Positions 27,397 through 42,810 of a DNA stretch of 64,000 bases are shown here, piece after piece. Both the position numbers and the translations under genes were made by a program. The notes beneath the pieces are model-generated. The model did no database searches and was not told where the DNA came from. It was given only the letters and a program-made list of their open reading frames with translations. Origin of the DNA: Eledone cirrhosa (taxonomy: Eukaryota). Location: positions 2,294,001-2,358,000 of the forward strand of contig OZ024741.1 in the NCBI GenBank assembly GCA_964016885.1, in the 5' to 3' direction. How positions within the stretch are numbered: position 1 is the stretch's first letter; each line of letters opens with the position of its first letter.

Positions 27397-28583
27397 AGAG
27401 AGGGAATACGTTGAATAAATTACCACTAACTTATACTCTCGTATCTTCTTTTACTCAAATCCAGGAACTTTTCAGCACCCCCTCCTACATACGCATAAAT
27501 ATATTAGTAACAACACTGCAATGAATGTGAACTTATAGCCGGTTAGTGCCAGTTCAAGCCACCTCAAGCCAGCTCAAGCCAGTTCACATCAGTTAAACCA
27601 GTTAATGCTGTTTATTACAAATTTCCAAATCATAAGCGAATTTAGGAAGATAGAAATTTAGGAAGATAAAAAAGATAGTTGTGAAAATGACGAAGATGGC
27701 GGTGGTTGCGAAACGTTGGATGTTTAAGATGTTTAAAATTATATCTAACATGCTTAACACCTTTGATATATATGGGGAATAAAGGGAGTTGGCTTGTTAT
27801 TGACGGAATGAACAAAATGGCTGCAAGCGACGCTGTTGGTGATATGACATGTCTACTTCTGATGTTAAATTGATATGAATACTTGAATAGGGGAGGGTGC
27901 CATCAGGTTAGTGGGGGTAAGGATCGGGGACTGGAAGAGAGAGAGAGAGAGAGAGAGAGACGGGGCTAGAAGGAGAGGGAACGAAATAGAGGGAGAGTGG
28001 TCAATAAAGGGGGTGCTTTAGGTTGGGTCAAAGGGTCATGCACGACAAGAAAAGAATTTAAACTTGGGATAGAGTATTTGTTTGTAGATTTTTTATGCAT
28101 GTTGTTGTCCCCTCCCCGTACTTTTTTGTTTAATGGGCACTAGGGTGTACAAAGGAGGGGTACTAAGGAGGCTACAAAGGAGGGAAAATTCAAAAAGATC
28201 AAGTTAATCCTTGAATAGATTATAAGCTGGCCAACTTTGCCACGTGTCAGGCTGTCGTGGGTGGATGCAGAAAAAAAGTGGTCAATTCTATACCCCAACC
28301 CCACCCATCCCGACCCCATCTCAGCCCACCCCAGCCCACCCCAGCCTGGTCCAGCCAGCGTGTGTGTCACCACCACCACCACCATCACCACCACCACTGC
28401 AATCAGCCAACCAACGAAAATAATTGTTTCTACGTTGAAATGAAAGAGAGAAAGAAGAAAAAATTGGGGGCAATGATATATAAATATATAAATATACAAA
28501 TATATATACATATATATATATATTTATATATATATATATATATATATAAATATATAAATATATTAATAAATATATATATATAT

Positions 28584-28669
<86 letters not shown>

Positions 28670-28672
<3 letters not shown>

Positions 28673-28908
28673 GTGAAACACTGGAAGGTAATATCCGTAG
28701 TGGTAGAGCACTCAGTCCGAGGGACGAGTTAGGTAGAAGTGGTTACACAACAGTTAGTTCACCATACCGAGAACAATTGTTTCACCTTCGCGGATCTTCA
28801 GCTCGGGCTGTGTATGGTTATCCATACACATACACATCCCGAGCTGAAGATCCGCGAAGGTGAAACAATTGTTCTCGGTATGGTGAACTAACTGTTGTGT
28901 AACCACTT
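28670..28908 (-). mobile_element. Palindromic element carrying two back-to-back minimal hammerheads
   Basis: CCGAG-CTGAAGA-TCCgcgaaGGT-GAAA-CAATTG-TT-CTCGG at 28839-28878 (+) and 28767-28806 (-). Tail motif CTGAGTGCTC at 28706-28715 (-). Confidence 0.85.
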
Positions 28909-28921
28909 ATATATATATATA

Positions 28922-29905
28922 TATATATAAAATATTAAACAAATAATGAACAAACAATTCCTTATATTAAACAAAAAAAGTTCACTATTTAACGATCGTT
29001 TCTAGGGTATATATGTGTTATAATTGGTATGCATATTTAACAGATCTATGTACAAAATTATACAAAATTATACAAATTATCAAGATTAAATATACATACC
29101 TAACTCATATATACGCCGTCTTCAGAAATAATGAAGTATATTTATTGATAATAACAACAATTCAAAATATCAGTTCAAAATTGACCAATGAAAACACAAA
29201 GGGTTAAAAAACAGTTTGGTGTGTGTATATACATGTAAAACCACACACACATTTTACAATAATGTGTGTATAATTTGTATGTGCATACTAAAAAGATGGA
29301 TGCAAATAAAAAATTTCAAGGTTAATATCTCTGTAAGCTTAATGCGCTGATAAGATACGCAATGATACTTATGGAGTCAAGCATATAAATATATTTTTTT
29401 CATACTCACACATATCAGTATAATCACACATACATGTGCGTATATATATAAATATACACATAACCACGAACACACAAACACACAACACTCCCCCACTCAC
29501 ATTTATATATGTGGATATAAAATCATAAGCAAATAGAAATTAAGTCACTCACATAAACACACTGGCACACACATTTCAAGATCAAGATACAGAAATTAGG
29601 TGGGAGGGGGGGGGGAGGGGTCAGTTTTAGATTGTCAGACCAGACAGCCTAATATAAATGTATCTATAAATTATGAAAAATAAAAAAATAAAAACAATAA
29701 AATATAATACATATAATATAATGTACATACGCATACAGATATACATACACATACATACATGTACGCGCACATAGAGATATCTACACATACATACATACAC
29801 ACATACTTATACTTTCATACACACGCATACATTTACACGAACATACACATACACATATAAAAAGATATAAATACGGACACACACACTCGCAACACATACA
29901 CACAT

Positions 29906-29956
<51 letters not shown>

Positions 29957-30065
29957 TATACACACACACATAGACTCATATATATATACATACACATACA
30001 TACACTTATACACAAACATATATATCCCACACTCATACCACCATAAAAACACATACAAACATCCA

Positions 30066-30103
<38 letters not shown>

Positions 30104-30321
30104 TATATCAACATACACACACGTACACATATATGTACATATACATACACATATACACACATACACATATATATATACACACACACATAAAATACAGACA
30201 TGCACATATATATATATATATATATATATTTCATTACTCTTATATATACACATAGTATATATACATACATAACCTCACTTATACACATATACACATAAGT
30301 TATATTACAATAATAATAAAG

Positions 30322-30358
<37 letters not shown>

Positions 30359-30497
30359 TATACACACATATACACATATACATACACACACATACATATA
30401 CATACATACATACACATACATACATACACCTAAATATAAACATATATAAATACACACATACGAATAAAGACATATATTCACACATAGACACCTATAT

Positions 30498-30537
<40 letters not shown>

Positions 30538-30624
30538 ATATACACACACATACACATACATACACATATATATATACATACACATATACACACACGCACA
30601 CACATACAGACACACATACACACT

Positions 30625-30659
<35 letters not shown>

Positions 30660-32103
30660 ATGTGAGTGTGCGCAAATACATATATATATATACACACACA
30701 CATACAAACACACACAAACACATACATATGCATACGTGCACACACACACACATATATCACATAGATACGAAGATAAACATATAAATAGAGAGACATACAA
30801 ATATATACAGAACCCGTATACACATACATACAAACACGCATATACATATATATACATATATACACACATATATATTCCTATATACAAGCATACACATACA
30901 CACACATATATACATATACATACACATATACATACCACACATTCACATACACGTACATATATAATACATATATATACATATATATACATACATATGTATG
31001 TACAATCATATATACACACTCAATCTTACATTCATATTTACATGCTCATATATGTATTTTTATATTTAGAAATAAATACCAAAAAAACTATATAGACACC
31101 CATCTACACATATATTCATACATATACACTTACAAAAACAGATGATAATAGTATGGGGGAAAGGGGGGGTTTGGAGAAGGGGATCAAAGTAAATATAAGT
31201 TTCAAGAAACATATAATATTTTCCATATCTTAATTCAATGTATGTTCCCACATATTTACAGTGCTAGGAAATACGAAATCTATGCATCACAAAATAAAAA
31301 AGTATACCATTAATCATATGTCAACTAAACCAAAGATAGTCAACATATTGATTTCCAAGGTGTAAATTAGTTAGGTTTATAATATTTGAAGCAGAATTAT
31401 GAAGTCAAACAGTAGTAGATTATTAATTACATTATAACTAAATTAAAGTTAATAACATTATGGTATCAATATTAGGAGATGAATTTAGTAATAGGGAAAA
31501 GAAACCCAAATAAAAATAAAATAAAGTATTACATCGGTAGTAGCATATAAATTATATGTTAACTAAGTTAAAAATTATATATTTATTTCAATAGTATATG
31601 TTAATTAGTATATGTTAATTAGGTATACAATACATAAAGCAGATATTGTATTTCATCAATAGCATAATATAATTATATGCAAATAAAAATCAAAATTAAT
31701 ACGCATACATATACATATACATACACATACACATACATATACATATACATACACATATATATATATATATATACATATATATACACATACATACATATAT
31801 AGTCACATAAATATACATACAGATACACATACAACACACACATATACATATACATATAGATATACATATCTTTTTCAAAAAATTTGCACAGAATATATTA
31901 ACTAGGTATATATCCAAAAACACCTCCCATTCTATGATTACATGACATTCTGCAATTCGTCTGTACAAGGATACTAATTTTAAGCAAATTAAAATTAAAA
32001 TTAAAGTTTTAGGTTGATTAAAGCTAAAACCAAATAATAAATATATTTCCATTGAGTTCTTCATACGGATTGGACACTACCGTAAACTCTTGGTAGATTT
32101 ATC

Positions 32104-32107
<4 letters not shown>
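28922..32107 (-). mobile_element. Diverged, microsatellite-bloated relative of the 19961-25020 PLE 3' region
   Basis: pLTR and hammerhead at 28922-29200. ORF end FKYYKPN* at 31367-31390 (-). Tail TTGAGTTCTTCATACGG..ATCTAC at 32052-32106 (+). Confidence 0.55.
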
Positions 32108-32168
<61 letters not shown>

Positions 32169-32589
32169 AACGTAAAATAAGAAAATTATAAAAATAAAAA
32201 ATCTTCTGCATCCCCTTGCATTGAACCACAAAGTTACTAAGAAAAAACCTATATATTTGCTAGCATAGGTATGCATCTGTATATATATGTTGGTAGATAT
32301 ACTAATTCTTTATAATTATCTCCAAATTATTTTGTTGAGCAAAAATTTGCCAAAACTGCTACTATAGTTCATAGTAATAGTTCGGCTACTGTCTTTTTAA
32401 CACCCCACTCCTCACTGATTAACCTCGATGTCACGTGATTGATTCTTTTGAATTTGCCACCGACCAAGTAGGCAGTGATTTTTTCAATGTCTTGGAATTT
32501 AGTCCACGCTTGCTTTTTTCCATCCACTGAATTATTTTTGTATAAGTTCCCTGTGTCCACGCATCGCCTGGGAACTTAGGTGAGAATTG

Positions 32590-32672
32590 ACTTCCTGATG
32601 CCGAAAGGCATTCCCCATGTTTTCCATTCGGAAACCATGTTTATTCCCTTTCAGAAACTAATTAGTTGGAGT
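32590..32672 (+). ncRNA. Near-canonical hammerhead (A9C) in a pLTR-like element spanning 32164-32840
   Basis: ACTTC-CTGATGC-CGAAAGG..CCTTTCA-GAAA-CTAATTAG-TT-GGAGT. The element has a direct repeat (32207-32313 / 32734-32840) and a short inverted arm (32164-32195 / 32695-32726). Confidence 0.6.
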
Positions 32673-32835
32673 GAAATTTTAGTATGTAAGTTAATTTTTA
32701 TAATTTTCTTATTTTACGTCTTTCATATAATTGTTCTGCATCCCATTGCATTGAACCACAAAGTTACTAAGACAAAACCTATATATTTGCTAGCATAGGT
32801 ATGCATCTGTATATATGTTGGTAGATATACTAATT

Positions 32836-32911
<76 letters not shown>

Positions 32912-32941
32912 CTCTCTCTCTCTATATATATAAATATATAA

Positions 32942-33079
<138 letters not shown>

Positions 33080-33082
33080 GTT

Positions 33083-33470
33083 ATAAAACGAAAAATCAGT
33101 GATGCATCTGGACTCAATTTATTGTGTATTACAATTGTTTCGCCGGCAGACAGCTCGAGACACGATCATTGTATGGATCTGTCTGATTCTGGAAACTGAA
33201 GGTTCGTCGGACTCTGGCAATAATGAGGATTTGATCCGGAATTATTGCCAGTGTCCGACGAACCTGCAGTTCCAGAATCAGACAGATCCATACAACGATC
33301 GTGTCTCGAGCTGTCTGCCGGCGAAACAATTGTAATACACAATAAATTGAGTCCAGATGCATCACTGATTTTTCGTTTTATATTAGATCACACTCTGCTC
33401 TGTAAGAACATGGAGTGCTCAACCGGCATACCGCCTATGGAAGCATCATAGCTCCCATCAAACACACATA
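33083..33470 (+). mobile_element. 300-bp palindrome plus tail, with hammerhead 3' half
   Basis: Palindrome 33083-33383 with an imperfect centre. GAAA-CAATTG-TA at 33323. TGGAGTGCTC at 33411-33420. Shorter sibling at 54046-54180. Confidence 0.8.
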
Positions 33471-33611
33471 TAAATAAATATATATATACATATATATATA
33501 AATATATATATATAATATATAAATATATAAATAAATATATATATATATATATATAGTGAATACATGAATATATAAATGAATATATAAATATGACCAAAGA
33601 AGAAGAGTTTC

Positions 33612-33666
<55 letters not shown>

Positions 33667-33759
33667 GGAGGTGAGTTTTATTGTAGCATAATAAAGCGAT
33701 ATGTTGATTTAAAACTTCACTATTCACAAGTGTTTTTTAAGTTTCATATCATGTATCCA

Positions 33760-33830
33760 TATTTTACCTGATGAGAACGCAGATATCATCTCATGGTGAT
33801 ATTTGTTTTTGAAATGCGCATAATAAAATA
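33760..33830 (+). ncRNA. Minimal type I hammerhead ribozyme
   Basis: TATTTTAC-CTGATGA-GAACGCAGATATCATC..GGTGATATTTGTTTTT-GAAA-TGCGCA-TA-ATAAAATA. The 3' half also occurs at ~2580-2626 (-). Confidence 0.8.
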
Positions 33831-33860
33831 CTTGGAACTCTTTTAACCATCTTTTGATCT

Positions 33861-33914
<54 letters not shown>

Positions 33915-34797
33915 AGGAAACTCTTCTTTGGTCATATTTATATATTCATGTATTTATATATTTATTTATTTAAGTACACCCCGCCACTCTCGCTCTCTCT
34001 CTTTGCCTATCTCTCCCTCACTCTCTCTCACACTCTCACCCCACCCATCTGTCTCTCACTCCCTCCCTCTCTCTATCTCTCTTTCTCTGCCTCAATCTCC
34101 CTCTCTCTCTGTCTATCTGTCTGTCTCCCCCTCTCTCCCTCTCCGTCTGTTTCCCTCTCTCTCTCTCCGCCTATCTCTCTCTCTCTGCCTGTCCCCATCC
34201 CGTCTGCCCATCCCCCCTATTTCCCCCTGTCCCTATACCCCACCAGATGGCATTCCCGCCACACAGACCAACACACAGTTGTTTTATCTCCAGTAATTGC
34301 TGTCTACTTCAAGGCAAAACTAAATCACTTTAATAACACAACTTGCAGCTTATTACTGCAGACAACAAAAATAACAATACCTACTAGTTCAATTGATGAA
34401 TAGATGATGATGGTGGTGGTGTGGTGGTCGTGGTGGTGTGCTTGTGGTGGTGGCAGTGGCGGTGGTGGTATGGTGGTGGTGGCGGTGGTGTGGTGGCAGT
34501 GGTGGTGTGGTGAAGGTAGTGGGGTGTGTGGTGGTGGTTGGGGTGGGGGGTAGTAATAGTGGTGGTGGTGGTGGGGTGGTGGGGGGGACGTAGTGGTAGT
34601 AGTGGCGGTAGTAGTGGTGGTGGTGGTGGTAGTGGTAGTAGTAGTGGTAGTAGTATTGGTAGTAGTGGTGATAGTAGTGGTATATATATATATATATAGG
34701 AAAATGTTCAAGACCCCGACGGCAGAGCTCGAGCCGTTTCGGCGGCTATTTCTCTGGTGCGATATGGTCCACCTGGTTCCTTACCACACTTCCTTCG

Positions 34798-34836
<39 letters not shown>

Positions 34837-35322
34837 AAAGAATAGAGGTGTAACACACAAGTTATTATATATTGGTAAACGGAATAGAAAATGCTGACAA
34901 ATTGTTCACAGTTGAAAAATGGTTTAATTAGGAATAAAAGAGTATTAGTGATTGTATGGGTTAGTATTCAGTTGTGGTTTTAAGTTTTTAAGTTTTTACC
35001 GGTTGCGCATTTCTAAATGCTTTTCAAAAATAATTTTGAGATAGAGTGTCCGTGTTGTTTGCTCTGATCTGATTAGTTTTGGGAATTCTACCTGTTTTTA
35101 TGTTAAAAAAGTGGCTCCAGCGTTACTTTGGTGTTGCAAAAATTCTTGTGGTCAAAACAATTTTGATTGGTCGGTAGAGGTCATGTGAATGTAAAAAATT
35201 GATTTTGCGCCAAGACTGTTTTTATGTTAAAAAAGTGGTTCTAGCGCTATTTGGTGTTTGCAAAAATTCTTGTGGTCAAAACAATTTTGATTGGTCGGTA
35301 GAGGTCATGTGAATAAAAAATT

Positions 35323-37536
35323 ATTATCAACTTACTCTCCAAAGGTCTTAAATTCACACCGACCCCACTACGTCCTAACTACTATGAAATGAAGGAAGAC
35401 ATCACAGACTTCTGTAGAAAGTTATGACTTAGTGAACAACTATTCGACCAGTACAATGAGGATGAATCATTAGCCAGAAATAGAAGCAATTACACCCCTT
35501 CAAAAGGTAGAAATAAAATCCTGGACGAATTCTGTGAACACATCACAAACTTCCCTTACCAACACTTGCACAGACAAAAACACAAGCCAAACCTCAACAA
35601 GAAAGAATGGGAAGAATTAAATAGATTAAAAACCGACAGAACCATTACAATTAAAGAGGCTGATAAAGGGAGTACAGTAGTCCTAATGGAGACAGAATTC
35701 TATATCAACTTAGCGCTCTCCACTTTGGAAAACGAAACATACTACGAAAAGGCTGAACACTACAATCAACAGAAAATTATGAGAAACCTAAAAAGTCTAA
35801 TCAACCAATACAAAGAAGGACTCACTAACAAGGAATTCAGCTTCATCACAGACTTCACAAGTAAATCCAGCCTCTTCTACGGTATCCCTAAAGTACATAA
35901 AAGCGAATCAATAAGTAAGGCGTGCAAGGAAGCCACAGACATAGTCATCAATGTCCCCTCACCCAATGATCTCAAATTAAGACCTATAATAGCAGGCCCC
36001 GCTTGCGAAACGCACCGTCTTAGCAACTTCATTGATACCCTTCTCAAACCCTTCCTCAAACACATCAAAAGCTATATAAGGGACGACCTAGATATGCTCA
36101 ATCACCTCCCTAATATGCCACTTTCTGAACAAACCCTACTAGTGACGTTCGATGTAGTCAACCTATACTCCAACATCCCCCACAACCTAGGAATAGAAGC
36201 TATCCAATTCTGGCTGGATAATTTCCACAATGAACTCCCACAACGCATCAAAAAAGAATTCGTGATAGAGGGACTCAAATTTATCTTGGAGAACAATTAC
36301 TTCGTTTTCAATAACAAACCCTACAGGCAGAAATCTGGGACCGCTATGGGAACGAAAACAGCCCCCACTTATGCAAACCTAGTCATGGGATACCCGGAAA
36401 TCACCCTCTACACTAAAGTCCTAAACAAATTTGGAAACACCCTCCACTTACACATTGAAAGGAACTGGAAGCGATATCTAGATGACTGCTTCATCCTTTG
36501 GCACGAAAACATCGAAAAACTTAAAGAATTTCACACCCTTATAAATGGGCTCAACACGAATATTAACTTCACGATGGAATAGAGCCATCAACAACTCCCC
36601 TTCCTCGACATCCTCATTAAGATCCATAACAAAAAAATAGAAACAGACATATACTACAAGCCCACAGACTCCAAGCAATATCTCCCCTTCAACTCTTGCC
36701 ACCCTAGACACGTTAAAATTAATATTCCCTACAACTTAGCCAAAAGAATCTGTACTATAGTCTCCAATAAAAACATCTGCTACTTACGGCTACAAGAACT
36801 AAAGGACACACTCATAGGCAGGGACTACCCTGCATCACTAATTGACAATGGAATCCAACGTGCCCTAAAACTCAGTACCCAGGACCTTAGACACCCTAAA
36901 GTAAATCAACCGAAACTAAAAGCTCTTCCATACATCTCCACACACAACCCTCTCAACAATGAGGCCTTTGACACCATCCTCCAGAACATCCCTGTGTTGA
37001 AAAAGGACCATAGAATGAACCAAATTCTACGAACACACGATATCATAAAGAGCAAAAGACAATCTAAGTCAATGAAAAACATCCTAACACATGCCAAAGT
37101 ACTGCCAACCACAACAACGAAACCCACAGTAAAAAAATGCGATAGACCCAACTGTGGCATTTGCATCAACCTAATAGAGGGTTCGGAATTCTATTTCAAA
37201 CATGGACAACGTTTTATAGTAAAACACAATTTCACATGTGCATCGAAAATCTAATATATGTATTAACTTGCTCAGGTTGTCGAGAACAATACATAGGCCA
37301 GATCCCAAAACAGCCTCCGCCAAAGCATGACTGTCCATAGATCCCTAATTAAAATACGGGAATGGAGGAAAATACCACTGAGTGAACACATTGATACCTG
37401 TGCCGCCCAAAATCATCCCAACTTCAGAATCTTTCCCCTCTACAAATTTAAAGATAATGCCACCCACACCCAGCGCATCAGCAAGGAATCTTACTTCATT
37501 AACAAATACGGACCCCGTCTAAACACTTCTCCCTAA
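35323..37536 (+). pseudogene. PLE RT + Cys linker + GIY-YIG (Neptune-like), 5'-truncated
   Basis: Motifs LLSKGLKFTPTP, EADKG, FYGIPKVHK, RPII, TFDVVNLYSNIP, GTAMG, RYLDD, CDRPNCGIC, IYVLTCSGC..YIG. Internal TAG at 36580 and frameshifts near 37250-37310. Confidence 0.93.
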
Positions 37537-37676
37537 GACGAACCCACAACATACACACGTTAACATACATACCTACATCAGCACACATCTCCACCCACAT
37601 ATAAACACAATGACATACGTAAACACACATGCTCTATGGTGCAACACAGAAAAATATATGTGTATATATATGTATA

Positions 37677-37758
<82 letters not shown>

Positions 37759-38097
37759 ATATATGTATGTGTATATATATGTAGTGAATATCATTTCACA
37801 CCTTTTATTGTTAAGATTTTTGATGTTCTATTAAGAGAACCGATTTTACTGAAAAAATCGAATAATGTACACCATTTTACCAAGGGGAAAAAATACTGGT
37901 CCACCCACACATACACACACATATATACACACACACACGCGTACATTAACATACAAAGAGACTTATACACACACACACACACATCTCCGTATAAGACAAA
38001 AGCTGAAAAATAACTTTTGACATGCTAAAATACCCCCCATTGCTTTCAGACACATTCTTACTGACCATCCCTGCTACCACGAATTACTCTGCTATAT

Positions 38098-38155
<58 letters not shown>

Positions 38156-38581
38156 ATCTTAATAGCCATTTGACACACATCCCTGCTAACCATTATCACA
38201 ACATCGAACACCTTACTACTACTACATACACACACACACACACACATATTTGTTGTGAAAGAGTCATTTCTCAATCTTGGCGCAAAACCAATGTTTTATT
38301 CACATGACCTCTACCGACCAATCAAAATTGTTTTGACCACAAGAATTTTTGCAAACACCAAATAGCGCTGGAGCCACTTTTTTAACATAAAAACAGTCTT
38401 GGCGCAAAATCAATTTTTTACATTCACATGACCTCTACCGACCAATCAAAATTGTTTTGACCACAAGAATTTTTGCAACACCAAAGTAACGCTGGAGCCA
38501 CTTTTTTAACATAAAAACAGGTAGAATTCCCAAAACTAATCAGATCAGAGCAAACAACACGGACACTCTATCTCAAAATTA

Positions 38582-38618
38582 TTTTTGAAAAGCATTTAGA
38601 AATGCGCAACCGGTAAAA
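38582..38618 (+). ncRNA. Hammerhead-like motif (U3-A8, GAAA replaced by GCAA) in Neptune-like pLTR
   Basis: TTT-TTGAAAA-GCATTtagaAATGC-GCAA-CCGG-TA-AAA. Inverted copy at 34994-35030. Aligns with 19904-19941. Confidence 0.55.
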
Positions 38619-38917
38619 ACTTAAAAACTTAAAACCACAACTGAATACTAACCCATACAATCACTAATACTCTTTTATTCCTAATTAAACCATTTTTCAA
38701 CTGTGAACAATTTGTCAGCATTTTCTATTCCGTTTACCAATATATATATATTGTCCTACACGAGTGAAAGTATAAAGAAAAAAAGATGAAATCGAAAATG
38801 CAATTGGAGTCTTATTTAAAAAAAATATATATATATTTATTTGGTTCCTTTACCGGTTTCGCAGTTCTTCTGCTTTTCAAAAGTAGAGTTGAGATGGAGG
38901 GTCTCTGGTTTTTCTCA

Positions 38918-39095
<178 letters not shown>

Positions 39096-39489
39096 GCCAG
39101 TTTATATATGTGTGTGTGTGTGTGTCAGTGGATCTATGTGTAACTAAAAGTAAATTTTCTTTCTGCCCTCCTTTACGCCTTCCTCCCATTTTCTCATTTA
39201 ATTTTGCTTGAATCTTTCTTTTTCACATTTATGTAATTATCAATGGTTTTAAACCAACTTTGTGAATATTTCTAACGTAAATATGTAAAGTTATTTTGTT
39301 ATACATACATAACATATGTGTAGAAGTGAGAGGAACATGATTTGTTAGATGGACACAAAATACTTCTATTTTGTCACTCTGCCTTCTGTGTTGATATCTC
39401 CACCGAGGTCAGCTTTGCTTTTCATCCATCCAAGGTCGATAAAATAAAGTACCAGTTCAGTATTGGGGTCGATATAATTGACTTCCCCT

Positions 39490-39900
39490 TGGGCCACTTA
39501 TTCATGAGAGGATCCTTAGAGCTGAGTCCTTAGAAACGCCTTCCAGAGGGTACTATCAGAAGTAACCGTCTCCAAATGATCCAGATGGATCCCTAAACCG
39601 GACCAACTGAGTTTATAGATGATATCCAACCATCTTACCTCTGGGATCCGGCTACCGGCTGGCTTTGTCATCTATCTAGTGATGCTTTCATTAGTCATTT
39701 TAATCACATATTCGAAGTACTGGATCTGTGATCTCTTGATGTTGAGAAGTAGTTGTTCTACGTGGGACAACTCTCTCATCTCTCAGCTACGTAGCCTATT
39801 GAGTAATGTTACTCCAAATATCCTTCGGAGGAACCAAATTTCGGCCGCCTCTATTCGCAATCGTATTTTTTCGGTCATTACCCAAGATTCAATGAGATGT
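39490..39900 (-). pseudogene. Old RTE-clade LINE 3' fragment
   Basis: Reads ESWVMTEKIRLRIEAAEIWFLRRIFGVTLLNRLRS..RWLD..LW, with stops. Confidence 0.75.
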
Positions 39901-39919
39901 CTATGTTAGAAATTATTGT

Positions 39920-40322
39920 TGGTGGTGTTGTGTAGGCCGTAGTCAGGTCTAGCATTACAACCGTGTTGCTGGTAGTCGACCAACTGGTGGTGTGTGGTGT
40001 TGTGTAGGCCGTAGTCAGGTCTAGCATTACAACCGTCTTGCTGGTAGTCGACCAACTGGTGGTGTGTGGTGGTGTGTAGGCCGTAGTCAGGTCTAACATT
40101 ACAACCGTGTTGCTGGTAGGCCGTAGTCAGGTCTAACATTACAACCGTGTTGCTGGTAGTCGACCAACTGGGGGTGTGTGGTGTTGTGTAGGCCGTAGTC
40201 AGGTCTAACATTACAACCGTGTTGCTGGTAGTCGACCAACTGGGGGTGTGTGGTGTTGTGTAGGCCGTAGTCAGGTCTAACATTACAACCGTGTTGCTGG
40301 TAGTCGACCAACTGGGGGTGTG
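39920..40322. repeat. 72-bp tandem minisatellite, about 5.5 copies with one deleted unit
   Basis: Recurring GTAGGCCGTAGTCAGGTCTA(A/G)CATTACAACCGT. Confidence 0.92.
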
Positions 40323-41314
40323 AGACAGAGTGGCTAGTCTAGAATTTCAAAGTCTCATACATATTGTTTCGATAGTTACAAGTAAAATAGTTTATTGAGA
40401 GAGTTGAACCTTCGTAACACTTTAAGTGAAAGCTTCTATCGACGGAAATCGATAAGGAATCATAACCTAGACACGCCAGAGATTATTGTAGAACATTGAT
40501 TAACACTGTTAATTTGTTGGCGTTTAACCCTAGGTCAACCATTGATAAGGACACTAACGATCAAAGGCGTGAGTGCACGCGCAAGTGTCAGTATGCCTAG
40601 CAGTGTATACGTGTGGGAAGAGTACGTTTATGTGTGTAGGATATATCAGTGTGTGTGTGTGTGTGTGTGTGTGAGTGTGTGTGTATAGGGAGAGGGGATT
40701 CTATGTGTGAAACTGTGAGATTTGGCTACTATTTCATGCAGATCAAGTAACCATATAAAAACCATCTGGTTACCTCATGTATTTGACTATTATTACTGTT
40801 GCTGTCGTTTGACCCACATCAGCCTTAACCAAGTAAGCTCTATGATGAACGCTGTTCCATCCATGACCATCCCGTATCTTTCTTTAAAAGAGATATTTCC
40901 TTGCTGTTTCTTGCAGAGGGAGTGACTACGTAAAGGTGTTTCGCACTGGTTCAACTAATTGATTATTTATAATTTATCAATGAATGATCGATTATAGCGA
41001 TTGAATTGCCTTCATTGAATATGTATGAGTAGTTGTTGTTGTTGTTTAGACCCAAGTCAGCCAAAATAGGGACACATTAGTATTCCAGCCGTGGCCATCT
41101 CTTATTTTCTAGAACTACTTTATCTTGTGTGTCCTTCCTGTTTTAAGATAGTTGAAGGCTATTTGAGGTAGATTTGGATGTTTCTAGCAGGTCAAGCTAC
41201 CCTTATTGGCTAATGTTGGTGGAGGTAGGGGAACTAGGCTGTTCTCACCTCAGTACTCCCCGATCATTCTGCACCAGTATGGCCAAACAGGGAAAGATTT
41301 CCAATGGTCTAAAG

Positions 41315-42810
41315 CAGCGGTCATCAACCTTTCCGACCTCACGGACCACTAAATTCATAATTTTAAATCTCGCGGACTACTGGTTGGTGACCACTGGTTG
41401 GTGACCACTGGTTGGTGACCACTGGTTGGTGACCACTGGTTGGAGACCACTGGTTGCAGACAACTGGTTGGTGACCACTGGTTGGTGACCACTCGTTGGT
41501 GACCACTCGTTGGTGACCACTGGTTGGAGACCACTGGTTGGTGACCACTCGTTGGTGACCACTGGTTGGCGACCACTGGTTGGTGACCACTGGTTGGTGA
41601 CCACTGGTTGGCGACCACTGGTTGGTGACCACTGGTTGGAGACCACTCGTTGGTGACCACTGGTTGGCGACCACTGGTTGGAGACCACTCGTTGGTGACC
41701 ACTGGTTGGCGACCACTGGTTGGTGACCACTCGTTGGTGACCACTGGTTGGTGACCACTGGTTGGTGACCACTGGTTGGTGACCACTGGTTGGTGACCAC
41801 TCGTTGGTGACCACTGGTTGGTGACCACTGGTTGCAGACCACTCGTTGGTGACCACTGGTTGGTGACCACTGGTTGGTGACCACTCGTTGGTGACCACTG
41901 GTTGGTGACCACTGGTTGGTGACCACTCGTTGGTGACCACTGGTTGGCGACCACTGGTTGGTGACCACTCGTTGGTGACCACTGGTTGGAGACCACTGGT
42001 TGCAGACCACTCGTTGGTGACCACTGGTTGGTGACCACTGGTTGGTGACCACTGGTTGGTGACCACTGGTTGGTGACCACTCGTTGGTGACCACTGGTTG
42101 GTGACCACTGGTTGGTGACCACTCGTTGGTGACCACTGGTTGGAGACCACTGGTTGCAGACCACTGGTTGGTGACCACTGGTTGGTGACCACTGGTTGGT
42201 GACCACTGGTTGGTGACCACTGGTTGGTGACCACTCGTTGGTGACCACTGGTTGGTGACCACTCGTTGGTGACCACTCGTTGGTGACCACTGGTTGGCGA
42301 CCACTGGTTGGTGACCACTCGTTGGTGACCACTGGTTGGCGACCACTGGTTGGTGACCACTGGTTGGTGACCACTGGTTGGTGACCACTGGTTGGAGACC
42401 ACTGGTTGGTGACCACTGGTTGGTGACCACTGGTTGGAGACCACTGGTTGGTGACCACTCGTTGGCGACCACTGGTTGGCGACCACTGGTTGGTGACCAC
42501 TGGTTGGTGACCACTGGTTGGAGACCACTGGTTGGTGACCACTGGTTGGTGACCACTGGTTGGAGACCACTGGTTGGTGACCACTCGTTGGCGACCACTG
42601 GTTGGCGACCACTGGTTGGTGACCACTGGTTGGTGACCACTGGTTGGAGACCACTGGTTGGTGACCACTGGTTGGTGACCACTGGTTGGAGACCACTGGT
42701 TGGAGACCACTGGTTGGAGACCACTGGTTGGTGACCACTCGTTGGAGACCACTCGTTGGTGACCACTCGTTGGAGACCACTGGTTGGTGACCACTCGTTG
42801 GCGACCACTG
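41315..42810. mobile_element. hAT (Charlie-like) MITE whose right TIR is amplified into a 14-bp satellite
   Basis: Left end CAGCGGTCATCAAC. Array (GTTGGTGACCACTG)n spans 41383-42810, which is 1428 bp or 102 units. 8-bp TSD GTCTAAAG at 41307-41314 and 42811-42818. Confidence 0.9.

Larger units (their letters stand above)
34866..38746 (+). mobile_element. Neptune-like PLE with inverted 5' pLTR
   Basis: 34866-35322 is the reverse complement of ~38290-38746. (TA)n flanks. Confidence 0.9.

Noticed and set aside
36580-36582. Programmed readthrough or selenocysteine in the Neptune-like ORF
   Set aside because: The stop is TAG, not TGA, and frameshifts occur downstream, which indicates ordinary decay.
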